NCBI GenBank assembly: GCA_043228905.1
Contig: JBHGNT010000022.1
Span: 11,532,001 to 11,596,000 of the forward strand
DNA length: 64,000 nt
From: Azolla caroliniana
Lineage: Eukaryota; Plantae; Polypodiophyta
Reading direction: 5' to 3'
Every line of letters begins with the position of its first letter. Position 1 is the stretch's first letter. The notes below the pieces were generated by a model. The model saw nothing but the letters and a program-made list of their open reading frames with translations, was not told where the DNA came from and made no database searches. Positions 63,726-64,000 of this stretch are shown piece by piece. The position numbers and the translations under genes are program-made.

Positions 63726-64000
63726 GTGTTTGGAGATATCCACAATGCATATTGAATACTGTCGTCATAAATTCAAAAAATACACTGTAAGGATAGTTAT
63801 TACCAAGTAATCCTTACAGAACTTTATGCATCACAAACTTGCCATTTTCCAATGTTCCTTCAATTAGTGATAGGGTCTGAGCCTTCTATAAATTCATTTA
63901 TCGCTACCTTAGAATCACTGCATTACATCAAGCTCTTCTATACATGGTCCCCTAAAAGCAGAAAATCCATAACACATTATCCTGGAAGTTATGTCAAGCT

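Overview
Eukaryotic land-plant nuclear DNA; the PLS-type PPR retrocopy and the gene style suggest a fern or other seed-free plant (inference). The left ~28.7 kb is a stack of nested retroelements. A full-length APE-RT LINE (RTE-X-like, ~1985-14450) sits exactly between two copies of a ~1.8 kb direct repeat and has a structured, tRNA-like 5' end. Its ORF1 is split by a 6957-bp Ty3/gypsy element with a tRNA-Trp PBS, a 4-bp TSD and a likely -1 frameshift after protease. Further right are L1 remnants, a truncated Copia with a nested solo LTR, and a deleted chromovirus that carries another solo LTR and a poly(A)-tailed PPR retrocopy. The right ~35 kb is gene-rich, with five genes: MORN-type PIP5K, an 8-Cys HyPRP/LTP-like gene, a SWSAP1-like ATPase, RPS8 and INTS4/SIEL, plus MITEs and tandem repeats. 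The most unusual observations are the kilobase-scale apparent TSD, the tRNA-like LINE leader, the atypical gypsy element and the PPR retrocopy. All family assignments come from motif recognition by eye; no searches were run.
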